Assembly (NCBI GenBank): GCA_013239625.1
Contig: MU053196.1
Span: forward strand, 1-64,000
Source of the DNA: Lama guanicoe
Lineage: Eukaryota
Length of the DNA: 64,000 nt
Direction of reading: 5' to 3'
Shown here: in pieces, positions 1-13,199 of the stretch
How the letters are laid out: every line of letters begins with the position of its first letter
How positions within the stretch are numbered: position 1 is the stretch's first letter
Translations under genes and position numbers: made by a program
Notes under the pieces: generated by a model
Seen by the model: only the letters and a program-made list of their open reading frames with translations
The model's database searches: none
Told to the model about the DNA's origin: nothing

Positions 1-694
1 CTCCTGGAAGCACAATGAAATCTGGTGCTCCACTGTGGTTTTATTCCAACTGATGCAAACACATAAACAGTGTTTGATGTGTGAATGTCAAGGTCTTTTA
101 AGATCTTTAGGGTCTAACTCTCTGAGGGATGTGTCCATGTGTCCTCGCCAAAGACTCTGGCATGGCCATCCAGTTATCTCCCCATCACCCCTTGGGGTGG
201 CGGGGCCCTGCAGGCAGTGGCAGATTCCACCTTGTCGTCTCTACATTCTGCATGTACCTGCACGCTCCAGACCAGGTCTGCAGGCCCCCGGCAGCCCTTG
301 TGCAATTCCCTGGGCGGTAATCACTGCCCAGTCTTGCCTGCTGCCTTGCAGGAGAACTCAGGGAACGGTGCTTCACAGCTCAAATGCGTCAGGTCCCCAG
401 AAGGCCCAGTATCTCCTTCTGAGCTAGTTTAGGAAGGAGAGCTGGCGAGGGTGGAAATGTGTAGCCGCCGGGGTGAACTGCTCTCAGCCCCTAGGTGCCT
501 TGTCACTTCCAGGAAACAGAGCCAAAGGCACAGTTTCACTGTTGTTGTCAGCAGTGAGTGCAGCAGCTCTGGGAATGGGGGCCTTCCCACCTGATCTGGA
601 AAAGTGGCAGAAGTCAGTGTGGTTCGGTCCAGCGGCACTTGGCCCAGGAGGAAAGTCAGCTTGGAGCTGCCTTCCCTTTCTTCTACGTGTGAGT

Positions 695-1200
695 GTTTTA
701 TTGAAGTCTAGAAGCTACAGAGTGTCCATTTCTGGTGTGCAGCACAATGCTTCAGTCATTCATATATGTACATGTATTTGTTTTCATTTTCCTTTTCATT
801 AGAGGTTACTACAAGATATTGAATATAGTTCCCTGTGCTGTTCAGTATACACTTGTTTATCTATTTTATATATAGTAGTTAGTATCTGCAAATCTTGAAC
901 TTCCAATTTAACCCTTCCTACCCCCTTCCCCCCTGCTAACCATAAGATTGTTCACTGTAAGTCTGTTTCTGTTTTGTAGAGTTCATTGGTGTCCTTTTTT
1001 TTTTTTTTAAAGATTCCACATATGAGTGATATCATATGGTATTTCTCTTTCTCATTCTGGCTTACTTCACTTGGAACGACAATCTCCAGGTCCATCCATG
1101 CTGCTGCAAATGACCTTATTTCATTCTTTTTGATGGCCGAGTAGTATTCCATTGTATAAATATACCACAGCTTCCTTATCAAGTCCTCTGTCAATGGACA
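695..1200 (-). mobile_element. 5'-truncated LINE-1 (ORF2 C-terminus plus 3' UTR)
   Basis: ORF 952..1194 encodes KLWYIYTMEYYSAIKKNE...WMDLE, the L1 ORF2 end; typical 3' UTR to the left. Confidence 0.9.
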
Positions 1201-3974
1201 TTCTCTTCCTCCTCTTTGACGGTGACCCGGTGCCCCTCACTGCTCTGTCTGCCGCCCTGGAGCATGCTCCTGCCGCCTGTGGCCTGGGCCACCAGGCTCT
1301 ATCCAAACAGCACCCCCACCAGCTGACAAACTGCAGCTTCACGGCTGAGCTACTGCACAGCGATACCTTTGTGCCAGAGGAAGGGCTCGTCTGTTTCTAC
1401 CTCTAGTGCAGTGTGGAGGCTTCAACAGTCATCTTTTGTATTATTTCACACATTTAGTCACTAACCCTGGAATCAGAAAGTGCTCTCAAAGCCGCAAAGT
1501 GCTACTCGAATCCAAAGTGGTATTTTGCTTGCTGTGGCCGGCCTGCTGGAATCCGACAGTTGTTGGATTTCACAATCTCTTTCCCTCTAAAAGTGTGTGC
1601 TTTCAGAGAGCACAATGTGGGAGCTTATTTTAAAGGGCAGGGACTTAAAATCATTTTATTTTGAGAATTTCACAATCGTCCTTGGAATAGAGATGCCTGG
1701 GGGTGTCCTAAAACCAGGGCTGGGAATCTGTGATTTAACCACTTGGAAAGCAGCGTATAAACAGGGCTGGGTACCCAGGCAGACTTGAAAATCTAGTTTG
1801 GATTTTTTTCACAAGGCTCTCTGTCTGTGAGTTAGACACTCCTGTGTTGGTTTTTGCTTTGGGGCCTGGGAGGGTGGGGTGGTAGGGAGAGGGGAGGACA
1901 CAGGAGGTCTGACACACAAAAGGCCCCTCCAGTCAGGTCTCTGGTCAGCCTGAAGGGGCACCTGCCATCTTCTTTCCTTTGAGCACCTACGGGCACCCAT
2001 GGGCACAAAGCTTCTGTATTTTTTTAAGGCTCAGAATTGCAATTGTCCAACTCCTGGGCAAAGCCTGACCCCACGGCCCTGCCACGGTGAGTAACCAAGC
2101 CAGCCGCCTGTGCAGGACGCAGGGAACCAGGCACACGTCCACCCACACCCAGGTCTCCTGTTGCTGTGCTTCCTTCCAGCTCTTTCTCTCTTGAAAAAAA
2201 AGATCTCTCTTTTGATTTCACACGTGGGTGGCCCTGGGCGCCCCTTGGTCAGCGCTCATCCCTGTGCGGTCTGCCCTCCTCGGTTCCACCCGCCTTCCGG
2301 GGTGAGGCCCAATCCCTGGATGGTGGGTGGAGGTGGGCGGTACCCAGAGCTGGCGTGCGTCCCCGAGTCCAGGCTTGCCACGGGGCCCCCACGGGCTGCA
2401 CCTGCGTCCCTGGCCTCGCAGGGGGCTCACTCCGCGCTGGGCCCACCCAGGCGGGCAGAGGCCTCGCCCTGAGTCTCTCCAGCCTTTCTCTTTCTTCAGA
2501 AAGTGGTTTTGATCATTTGCAACAGTGTTTTCACTACAAAAGCAGTTTTCTCCAACATTCCACCTCTTTCCAGAAGTGCATGTCAACAGATGAAACACAA
2601 ATGACATTGGTGACAAAGTTGCAATGAGTCAGTGTGCAGATGAAGAAAAGGCACGAGGGGCTGGTGGCTAGCTGACCACAGCGCGTATCCCGCAGTCCGT
2701 ACATGCACGTCGAATCCCTTGCTGCCCACCCCAAACCAAGACAGGCGCTGTGTCAGCTGCATCTCGGTAAAACTGGGCGGGGGGGGGTGAACACCGCAAT
2801 GACAGTTGAGGCTGCTCTGGAAGGGCCTCTCCTGCCTGCAGATTTCACAGACGCCATCCTGCAGCCCCTCTGGTCCCCCGCGACATTCCGCCATCTGAGC
2901 TGCAACCTCCGAGGACACCGGACCTGGAACAGACCCCGGGTTGCGGCGGCCGGTTTCCTCTCGTGGTCCGTGCTCCTGGTAACAGACCCCAGGGCTTTCT
3001 ATGGGGAGGGGCCTTTCTCCTCGGTACCGTCCCAGGGGTCCCCCAACCACTGCATCTGCCCCAAGCTTTAAGACTAGGCTGGTTGGATTCTTTTAAGTTG
3101 AAGCATAGTTGAATTACACTGTGGTGTTATTCAGGCGTGCAGCAGAGTGATTCAGTTAAACACACACACAGATACACTCTTTCTAAACTCCAAATGCTAT
3201 AAATACTCACCTTAGCATGTCAACTCCTTCCCTCCTTCATCGACACCTGTCCCTGGCAAGACTCAGCCAGCCATCTGAGCAGACACGACGTGATTTCAGA
3301 TGATGGCTTTCAGGACAATCAAGTTTCAAATATGGACCTTCAGGGACCTGGGAGAGGGGGAGGTCAGGGTCTCGTAGCAAGACCCGGGGTGAAGGCACTG
3401 GCTTTATGAGCGCCCTTCTTCCCTGGGTAAAGACAAGGCTCATTGACCGTCCAGCAAGAGGGCTGCACTGCATCCCTTAAGGTGAAGTCAGAGACAAGCC
3501 CACCTTCAAATAATTCTCCACCCACGTGAAAATGGCAACTCCTTCTCTGAAACAAGAGTACCTGACGGGTTGAAGCTGGCTCTCCAGACAGATCACAAAG
3601 CCCTTTTCTTTTTTTATTCTTCTTATTTTCGTCAAAGGAATATGTACACTTGGCTTTGAACAAGAAAATCCATTTCAACATTTCTGCGTCATGAAAACCT
3701 GCCTTCCCGGCAGCGTTGAAGCATCTGGTGCCAGTAGGGCCCAGGGCCGGGTGAATGGGTTCTGCCTACCGCCTGACCTCCCCATCTGCACTCAGGAGTG
3801 GGGCCAGCCAGTCTGCGTTTGCTCTGTCGGTGGGGCAGTGGGTGGCCTGGTGGCCCCTGGACGGTGCAGTCCAGTGTGGGAGCCACTGTAGAAGCATGGC
3901 CTCATCACACCTCCCCATAATTCTTGGAGCTCGAGCTAGTCCTTAAATGCCCGTCTTCTTAAGAAAAAAAGCTA

Positions 3975-4161
3975 GGGGAGGGTGTAGCTCAAGTGGTAGA
4001 GCACATGCTTAGCATGCATGAGGTCCTTGGTTCAACCACCAGTACCTCTGTTAAAAAAAAATACAATCATAAATAAATAAATAGACCTAATGACCCCCCT
4101 GCCAAAAAAAAAGGAAAATAAAAAATAAATTTTTAAAAAATTACATATATTAAAAAAAGAA
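3975..4161 (+). mobile_element. Vic-1-like tRNA-derived SINE
   Basis: GGGGAGGGTGTAGCTCAAGTGGTAGAGC A-box, GGTTCAA B-box, A-rich tail, imperfect AAGAAAAA..GCT TSD. Confidence 0.85.
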
Positions 4162-4829
4162 AAGAAAAAGGCTGGAATGGATTCTACTGTCTCAACTAAG
4201 AACCCCGACAACACAGACTCACAGGTTCATAATGAGAAACAGCAGCCCGGCCGAAGCCCCGCTCCCAGCGACGAGCCTGGAACCACCGCAGGTGACGCTT
4301 CTGGTGCGTATTAACCCAGAGCCAACGTTTTAACAGGATTTTGTGAACTTAACACAACTACCTACTTCTACTTTCCCTTTTTCATCCTCCAAATATATTT
4401 ATACTTCGTCCATTTTATATTAACTATGTAAATATTTACTGTTGAGTTAAGCAGTGTGCTATGCGTTTCTCTTCTCAGGGAACATTTATTTCTTAACTGT
4501 TTTTCAGTTGCTCAGTTTTCTAAGCCAAAAAAGATCTACTGGTCTGATTTCCAAATGTCCCAACAGACCCAGGATGAGAATGTTCGTGCGCTTCGCCCAA
4601 GACGCCCCAGAAGAGAGAGGGTAGAAGACAGCCCGTGTTCCGAAGGGGCTAGTCCTCCTCCGTGGATGTGGATTTATATAATATACCCTCAAAGTCACAC
4701 ACAGGAGGCAACATCTAGAACTGGGTTCTGCAGCTAAGCCAACACCACAGACTCTCCACATCTACTGATTTACAACTGCTCTCGAAAGATTATAAAAGTC
4801 AATGACACAGAATAGTGCTATTTTGCTAA

Positions 4830-5443
4830 GCCTCCATTTCTTTTTTTTTAAAGGTTATGCTCCATTAATAGTTATTACAAAATACTGGCTGTGTTCCCCA
4901 TGTTGTTCATCCTTGTAGCTTATTTTATACCTAATAGTTTGTACCTCTTAATCTTCACCTCCATCTTGCCCCCCTTCCCTCTCCCCACTGGTCACCACCA
5001 GCCCCTCCTCTGCATCTGTGAGTCTGTTTCTTTTCCGTTACAGTCACCAGTTTGTTGTGTATTTTTAGACTACCCATGTAAGTGATATCTTACCATATTT
5101 GTCTGACTATTTCACTCAGCATAACGCCCTCCAAGTTCATCCATGCTGTACACCAGAAACTAATACATTTAAAATCAACTGTACTTCAATTAAAAAGCAA
5201 ACAAACAGCCCATTTAAAATATGGCCAGAAGAACTGAACAGACATCTCTTGAAAAGAGGAAATGCAGACGGCCAACAGGAGCACGAAAGCTGCTCAACCC
5301 ATCACCGACGTCAGGGAAACACACATCAAAGCCACAGTGAGACCCCACCTCACACCTGTCAGAACGGCCGTCATGGAAAAGAGCAGTGACAAAGGCTGGC
5401 GAGACGTGGAGAGAAGGGAGCCCCTGTGCGCCTCCATTTCTTT
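4830..5443. mobile_element. Rearranged (internally inverted) LINE-1 with 14-bp TSD
   Basis: GCCTCCATTTCTTT at 4830-4843 and 5430-5443; minus-strand 3' UTR then plus-strand L1 pieces. Confidence 0.8.
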
Positions 5444-6008
5444 GATTTTCTCTTAGGCTTCAGATATTTATTTGTATTGATTGATTTTAATATTTTGTTG
5501 CTTCTTAAATTACCAAGGTAATATACTGGCCCTGGACCACAGTCGAATAATACACAAACAAATAAAGCAAAAGGGGTGTCCTCTTAACTCCCTCCCCAGC
5601 CTGCCCACCCCTTCCTCATGGGAGAGTTTCCTTCCAGACTCCCCTGAGGGGGGAGGTGTGTGGCAGCGGGTCACCCCACCAGGAGACTGGAAGGATTGTT
5701 CGGAAACCTGACTGCCAGGTCTTGCTCAGCCCCTCGGTAGCTGAGTGACCGTGGGCTCTGGGCCCCGGCCGCCCCCTCTCCAGCCCCGGGACAACAGCGC
5801 TGTGGGCCTCCTCGCAGGGCTGTCTGGGTGCGTGTCACACACCCAGACCCAGAACCTTGGGGCCCCCAGTGACACCCCCCCACCTTGCTGACCTCCCAGC
5901 AGCTGAAACCCAGCTCAATCTTCTCATCCCGACACTCAGGAGGGAAGTAACCTTTAGCCTGAGTATGTGCGGGACTTAGATCACTTTTAAAAGATAAGTA
6001 GCTTTGTA

Positions 6009-6605
6009 AGAAGATCAGCGGCTGCCAGGGGTTTCAGGGCGGCAGGGAGGGCACAGGCAGGGAAAATACTCAGTATGAAACTACAGTGATGTACACTGTA
6101 TGTCATTAAACATCAGTCCAGGGTGGGGTGCAGCTCAGGGGTAGAGTGCTTGCCTAGCACGCACAAGGTCCCGGGTTCAATCCCCAGTACCTCCATTAAA
6201 AATAAACTAATAAATAAATAAACCTAGTTACTCCCTCCCCAAAACAAACGAAAAAACAAAACAAAACCCCAAAACATCTGTCCAAACCCACAGAATGTAC
6301 AACATCAAGAGTGAACCCCATGTGAAGTACGGGCTCTGGGTGATGGTGGCGTGTCAGCGTGGGCTCTTCCCTGGGAGCAGATGTACCGCCCCATGGAGGG
6401 TGTTTGTAACGGGGACAGCCGTGCATCTGTGGGGACGGGGGTACTTGGGAAACCTCTGTGCCTTCTCCTCCTCAGCTTTGCTGAACCTAAAACTGCTTTT
6501 TAAAATGAAGTCTATTAAAAAAAAATGAAGAAGACATAACCACAAACATGAAAGGAAGGAAGAAAGAAAGGAAGAAAGGAAGGAAGGCAGACAGACAGAC
6601 AGACT
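6009..6605 (+). mobile_element. Old L1M 3' end with microsatellite tail, interrupted by a SINE
   Basis: L1M-type 3' UTR motifs; AGTAGCTTTGTA repeated at 5997-6008 and 6606-6617; (GAAR)n(CAGA)n tail. Confidence 0.7.
6121..6271 (+). mobile_element. Vic-1-like SINE
   Basis: tRNA-like head, TAAA tail, TSD AAACATC(A/T)GTCCA at 6108-6120 and 6272-6284. Confidence 0.85.
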
Positions 6606-6814
6606 AGTAGCTTTGTAGAAAATAGCCCTTTAAAAAGCCAAATGCTGTTGTCAGTGGTGGAAGTTTTTCAAAAATTAAGAAAGTGATGGTTCTGAACCAG
6701 GAAAATCCAAACTGGGGGTAAACGAAGGAGGGGAATTCAAGCTACAGTGCTGCCCTGGAACAAGGGTGTGTTGATCAAGTGACTGCCCCCCAGCTCTAGA
6801 GACAGAAAGGTGAC

Positions 6815-7005
6815 AGAGGGCGGACAGCCACGGTGGAACATACTTAGACAAAAACAATGAGTAACTTTTCATGTGTGTCCCAGATACTGCATGGGATGTA
6901 CTATAGTAAAAACAGTCACTGTGTATCTGGGATTTTGATTTAACTGGTATTAAATCTGTCTTTTTTTTTAAGCTGTATTTTTATCTGCCAGATCTGGCAG
7001 CCCTG
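6815..7005. mobile_element. Degraded MER53-like hAT MITE
   Basis: Central palindrome-like TGTCCCAGATACTGCATGGGATGT and terminal ATCTGGCAGCCCTG resemble MER53 as recalled. Confidence 0.5.
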
Positions 7006-7679
7006 TCCGCAGCAACACTGCAGGTGTCTCCCTCAGCATCGGACTTCTCACCAACACGCACACCCATGAGCAAGATCCACAGGGCCACAGCGACACGCAG
7101 GCAGATGTGAAGGGGCAAATACATGGTTGAATTACGCTCCTCTTCCTGCCTCAAACAGCCCGAAGGTCGCGGTGATGACAGCCCTTTAGAAACTCAACCC
7201 AAACAGTTGTTTCTTCCAGACCAAATCCTAGGAAGTTGCCGGAGATTTTGACTTTTGATTTTCCCAGAGACACCATCCTGAATGTCGCCGGCCACGCCAG
7301 GAACGTGGTTTGGGACGGGCCCAGCGCAGCTTTTCCCAGCGCTGTTCTAAGGAAGCAGTCATGAAGCAAAACCAATCTGTGTGGTTGAAAACTGTAGGGC
7401 TGGCTGCTTCACGATGCCCAGGCCCTCCAGGTGCGGCTTCCCCTCCATGCTGTTGGCTGTGCTCCCAAGGCCGCCGGGGCTGGGGGGCGCTGGCAGCCAC
7501 GGCTGGAGGCCGAGCAGGGGAGCGGGGGCCGGAGCGCTGGGCCACAGCGGGCCGGGGCGGCCTGCCTCCAGGTGGCACCGCCCACCCCTGCACCCACCTC
7601 GCGACATCCGATCTGCTTTCTCCACTTCACAGCAGTGAGGCTCCCTCAGTCTCCGGAGGGCTAGAGGTCAAACTCAGCT

Positions 7680-7770
7680 TTTTTCTTTTAATGGAAGTAC
7701 TGAGGACTGAACCAGGACCTCACGCCTGCTAAGCACACACGCCATCCCTGAGCTATATCCACCCACCTCC
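7680..7770 (-). mobile_element. Vic-1-like SINE, short tail
   Basis: Reverse-complement tRNA-like head; imperfect TSD CAAACTCAGCT / CAAGCTCGGCT. Confidence 0.75.
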
Positions 7771-8169
7771 CAAGCTCGGCTCTTTTGGATCACTACTCTT
7801 CTGCACAAGGTTCAAAATCCAAAACATACTTGGAAATTCGGTGAAGAGTCTGCTTCCCCAGCCTCTTGCTCCCCTCCCTGGAGGCGACTGACACCGTCCA
7901 TTTGTTACATGTCCGTGGAGAGAGATTTGTACAAATACATGTTTTTCTTGCTCTTTTTCTTCTAGACAGATGACATCTTGCTATTCTGCCTGAAACCAAG
8001 CGCTTTCAGCCTTGGTCTAGCGCTCTAACTAAAAAACAAAAAAGAAAAGAAAGTATTTTCTTACTACAAAATACAGCACTATAAGAAATTAAAGAGAATG
8101 GAAAGAATGCACGGTCACGTCCTCCCTGCTCCCCAGAGGCCACTGCTGCCACTGCTGCACAGCCCAGCC

Positions 8170-8256
8170 NNNNNNNNNNNNNNNNNNNNNNNNNNNNNNN
8201 NNNNNNNNNNNNNNNNNNNNNNNNNNNNNNNNNNNNNNNNNNNNNNNNNNNNNNNN
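8170..8256. other. Assembly gap (87 N)
   Basis: Run of N. Confidence 1.
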
Positions 8257-8469
8257 CAGACAGTTTGGGCCCCAGAGGGTGCGGGGCGTTCGGGCGGGAG
8301 AGCTCCATCCGTCCAGGGAGCAGGTGCACTGACTCATCCTTCTGAGAACACTTTTTTGAGCCCCAAGCACCTGCTCTGTGGGAACACAGATTCGAAGATA
8401 AATCAAAACAGGGAAAATAATGAAACCAACAGGCCATTTCAACACCGTGTGATCAGAGTTAAAACAACA

Positions 8470-8990
8470 GGAAGCCTTGGGGGCAGATGCCAGAGGAGGC
8501 AGAGCCTGCCGGGGAGGGTGGCACCGGAGTTGAACCCTGACCCGGTGACCTGCAGGTCAAGCCAGGTGATGAGTGGGGGGCATTCCCATGCAGAAAGGGC
8601 AGTAGGAGGAGAGATGGATCAGCAAGGCGGCAGGAAGGGAAGGTGAGTCACGTGAAAGGAATGCTGGCTCGACACTGAGAAGGGACACTCTCACAGGTCC
8701 CGAGGCAGGAAACTGACACAGCGGACTTGCACTTGGACAGCGACCCAGGTCGGCAGTGGGGGAGAAACACCTGAGGGTGGACGTGGTGGAGGCAGTCTGG
8801 GGACTGGAAAACCGGTCAGGGCAGTGCTGTGTGAAGCCGGGAGAGAGGTTGGAGACCTGAACACAGGCCGTGGGGGGCCCTATGGATGGAGACTTAACTG
8901 GATTCTAAAGCAGTAATTTTGGATACAGATTTGGTGACTGGCTGGGGGAAGAATGGCTTCCAGGTAGAGTCCTGGGCATTTCTTGACTCA
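8470..8990 (-). mobile_element. Ancient L2-like fragment
   Basis: Purine-rich degenerate sequence resembling antisense L2; boundaries approximate. Confidence 0.4.
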
Positions 8991-11620
8991 AAATTCTCCC
9001 TTGGTTCCCCTTTTTCTACAAAAGTTTACAAGCTTCTGGCCTTGACCGGAAGACCCTCACTGACATCATTTCAACCTCCCTCTGTAGTCTCTCTTTCTCT
9101 GTCTCTGTGTCTCTCACCTTGCACTTGGCCACAGTGGAATGCTGGTAATTCCCCAAGCACACCCTCCCTTTGCCCAAGGTCCTCCTCCACCCACCTGGAT
9201 TTCCTGAAGCGTGCCCCATCCCTCAAGCCCAGCTCAAGGCCACCTCCTCCAAGAAGCCCTCCCAGCCCTGCCTTCCCTTCTTCCCTCTGCTCATTTGGAG
9301 CTAACCTCCTCCTCCAGGCTCCAGCAGCACTTTTGCTTCTCCATCTGCTGAAACACTCACCACATCCTACATTTTGCTTTTTGTGGAAGTGGGAGGCCAG
9401 GGGAGGCCAGCGTTTGCACTCCCCCTGGAAGGCTGCCCCCGCGCTGCCCAGCCACTCAGCCACCTCTTCTGACTCAGCAAATGCTTTCTGGGCAAAAGCA
9501 GCCCCCATGCTGGTCTCCATTTGCTGGATTCCTGTCTCCGCTGGGTCTTCTTGTAACTCTTCACTGTCTTTTTAGTTCTCTGATGCTTTTAGGAAGACTA
9601 CTTTTTCAAAAACACATGGTCTGATTTTTTTTGTTGGCTTCAGCAAGAGGACCGGGGTTTCAGGTAGTGGAAGGGAGGTGCTGTTCATTCTTTACTGAAA
9701 GCACAGCCTTGACCCCGTACTGTGGACCATGTGCAGGCTTCGCTCCTTCCCTGGAGCACCACTGCCCCCAGGAAGCCGTCTCTGAACACCCACCGTCACC
9801 ACCCACAATACCTGGTAAATATTCAGCTTCGGCTGGATACTGTCAGACTGTGAGTCACCTGAGGGCGAGAACTGCTCCGTGTTTAGTGTCCACCATGGGA
9901 CCCTGCATGTGGGGTCTATTCAATGACAGCTGCATAAGTCAATGTCCGATTAATAACAGCTTTGTTCTGATTTCTTAGATTTTTGACATTTCCTGTGAAA
10001 AGTGGGTCTTTAGGAGCAAGAGTTCAATCTGTTCTTCAGGGACTGAGTCTCAAAGGAGAGGCTGAAGGAACGTGCCCAGGCTCGCCGTCTGTTTCCTCGT
10101 TCTCATGGAGCTGATCTCTGCTCCACTGAGAACCTCCTTTCCAGGCAGTCATGTTCCAGCAAGTCAGGAGGTGACGGAGAGACATGAACGTGCTGTCAAC
10201 AAGAAGTCAGCCTGAGGTCCCAAAACAGAGTTTCAAAAATCCACACAGAATTAATTAGTTGTAAAATGCTGCCATCTTCTCAAAAGTGTTTTGGCGAGGA
10301 CAGGACGATGTAAATGTGTGTGTGCGCGTGTGTGTTCATTTAAAATGCACTTGAGAAGTCAGTTTCTTTAATCAGAAACTTGCCTTCTGAGAGCGGTCGG
10401 CTAGTATGTGACCTAGAAGCCGCACAGCAGAGCCAGCTCCTACAACGGCTTCGCGAGATGGATCGACCGATCAATAGGAGAGCCCTTTCTACTAGAAAAA
10501 TAACTGTCAGAAACAGGTTTCCATTTTGAAAAATAGTGACTTGCTAAGCATGACGGATGTCAGAAATGGGCTCTTTCCCCAGAAAGAGAACAACAAGTCC
10601 AGTTTGTTTTGCAGGCAAGTCGGTCCTGCTGAGGAACAGAGCACCCTCATCTCATAAAGCCTTTCCTGGAGGCTAAAGAGGAGACACCGGCCCTTGGCTC
10701 GTTTCAGGATGCAAGTGTAGCTCTGGTTTTTAAAGAGCAGCAGGAACACTGTCCTTTAAAGTCAGAAAGACGACAGTGTCCCTGTTACCACGTCCAAACA
10801 GCACGTCCCAGTAAGCACAGCAACACAAGACAAAGAAACTCGAGCTGTCAGGACTGAAAGGGAGGAAACAGAATTATAACATTTTATGATGGTATGATTG
10901 CCTTCACAGGAAACTAAAAGGAATTAACAGACAAATGACTAGATATAAAAAGGAGATAGTTTGGCCAGATGCCAGATAGAAACACATAAATGACAGTTTC
11001 ACCCTATTCACTAACAACAACTGATTAGAAAATTTTATTTTTAAAAGACACCATTTAATAGAAACAATAATCTTAATGAACCTAGAAATAAAGCTAATAA
11101 AAGATATGTGAGCCCTATACATAGTAAGGTGCAAACCTTCACCGAAAAGCGTTGAAGAAGCCCCAAATGAAGGGAAGGACATTGTAAGCTGATGGGTAGG
11201 AAGGTGTCACCTGAAAGTGTCAGAGTTCACATGCTGCTCCACAGAGCGAATGCAACTCCCATCCAAGTTCTCAACAGCGTTTCTGTGTTTGTTTTTGTGA
11301 AACATGAGACGTGTATGAGGAAGAACAAAGAACATCCAAGATACTTTGAAAAAAAGGACTACGGAGAAGAGACCAGCTCTGCCAGATGCAAAGACAGGAT
11401 GAAGCTGGAGTGATTAAGGCAGTTGTGTTACTGGCTCACAGACAAAGTGACCAACAGAATGAAACAGCCCAGAGGCAGGACTATGCAAATGAGGACCATT
11501 AATATATGACCAAGGGTCATGGCAAATCCTTGAGGAAAAGACAAATTGCTCAATGAGAAAAACAGATTACCCTTACGGAAAAAAAATGAACATGGATCCT
11601 CGGTATAAAAGTAAACGTGA

Positions 11621-11750
11621 GAAGAGGGTGTAGCTCAGTGGTAGAACGCATGCTTAGCATGCCCGAGGTCCTGGGTTCAATCCCCAGCACCTCCATTAAA
11701 TAAATAAATAAATAAACCTAATTACCCACCCTCCAAAAAAGAAAGAAAAA
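11621..11750 (+). mobile_element. Vic-1-like SINE
   Basis: GGGTGTAGCTCAGTGGTAGA...GGGTTCAATCCCCAG head, (TAAA)n tail. Confidence 0.85.
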
Positions 11751-12231
11751 CAGTAAATCCTGAATAGATTAAGAACTTGGATGTCAAAAGAAAAAATTTT
11801 ACCTTTTAGAAGAAAACATAGGTGACTTCCAGCTTGAGAGTAAGGAATAATTTTAAAATAAGGCCGAATCTACAGAATACTTGGCCAGTTCTCCTCAAAA
11901 CTGTCATGGCATGAAAAGCCAAGAAAGAGGGAGAAACAGTCCTGGAACAGATTAGGGAGACCTGACAAGCAGACGGACTGCGGTTTCCTGCGGGAGGTCC
12001 TGGAACAGAAAAGGACATGAATGGAAAATCGACAAAATCCAATCGGGTCTGGGGTTTCCTCAACAGAAATGCACCAGTGCTGGTGTCTTAGTTCTAAAAA
12101 TGTCCTGTGGTAATGCAGGGGAGCTTTAGGGGAAAGGAAACTGGGGGGGAGGACTTACCCTCCTTGCAACTCGGCCATAAACCTAAAATTACCCCCAAAG
12201 AGAAACTTTACTTCAAAAATAAATAAGACCT

Positions 12232-12445
12232 GGGGGGAGGGTATAGCTCAAGTGGTTAGAGTGCATGCCTAGCATGCACAAGGTCCTGAGTTCAATCCCC
12301 AGGACCTCCTCTAAAAATAAATAAACATAATTACCTCCCTCCACACACAAAAAACTAATCAATCACTCAATCAATCAAGTCACCTAGAAAATGTGAAGAA
12401 AAAATATTCGAAGCAATTTGAAAAAAAAAATTTAAAAAATAAAAT
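12232..12445 (+). mobile_element. Vic-1-like SINE
   Basis: tRNA-like head, long A tail, TSD AAAAATAAA(T/A)AAGACC at 12215-12230 and 12446-12461. Confidence 0.85.
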
Positions 12446-13199
12446 AAAAATAAAAAAGACCCAAGAATCTCTAATGATAAAATATTGATAAACTTGACTA
12501 CCTAAAATTAGTAACTTTTTTTCATCAAAATACCTTAAGTCACCCATTGATCATTGTTAGAAACAGATGCGTGGTTAAGACCTGGTTAAAATCTGGGGAA
12601 TTCGTCAAATTACACTTCACTCCAGATTCGCAGACAAGAATGGAGGAAGGAAGAAAGGTCCCCTCTCCGGGGACAACTGGGGACTTAACTGGAGGTGGTG
12701 ACAGGTCAGGGGTCACTGTGCTTGGACTGGGGTGGCTCCGGGATGGGTTGGGGGCTCTCCCCACCCATTTTAACCGCTCAGGCCTGTGTCTGGGGAGCTG
12801 GGTGGGAAAGGGGGACGTAAGGATTTCCAGCTGAGAGTTCGCAGCGTTTCCCCTCTTCAATCAGCTGCCCTTCGACCTGCTCCGGCCCCACCTCCCCCAA
12901 GGCCGGTCCAAGGGGAACCATCCCTGGAAAGGCCCCCATCGGTAAGGGCCCGCATGCTCCCGGCGCAGCCCCTCCAGGAGACTTGACAGTGGTGCACCTC
13001 ATTTCCTCCTCGCCCACAGGGGAGACGATGCCACAAACACTGCTTCTAGGTGCTTGGATCTCCAGAATACAGACCAGGCACCAAACTGTAAGCAATGTTC
13101 TCTTAAAATTATTTTGCTATCTGTCTATGTGGCCATGATTCTCTCTCCTTTTTCAACTTGTAATCAGGCTCAGAGGGAGTTTTCCATCCTGAGTTATTT

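Larger units (their letters stand above)
10755..12530 (+). mobile_element. Ancient L1M ORF2 and 3' fragments with nested SINEs
   Basis: A-rich degenerate L1 ORF2-like sequence; boundaries approximate. Confidence 0.65.
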
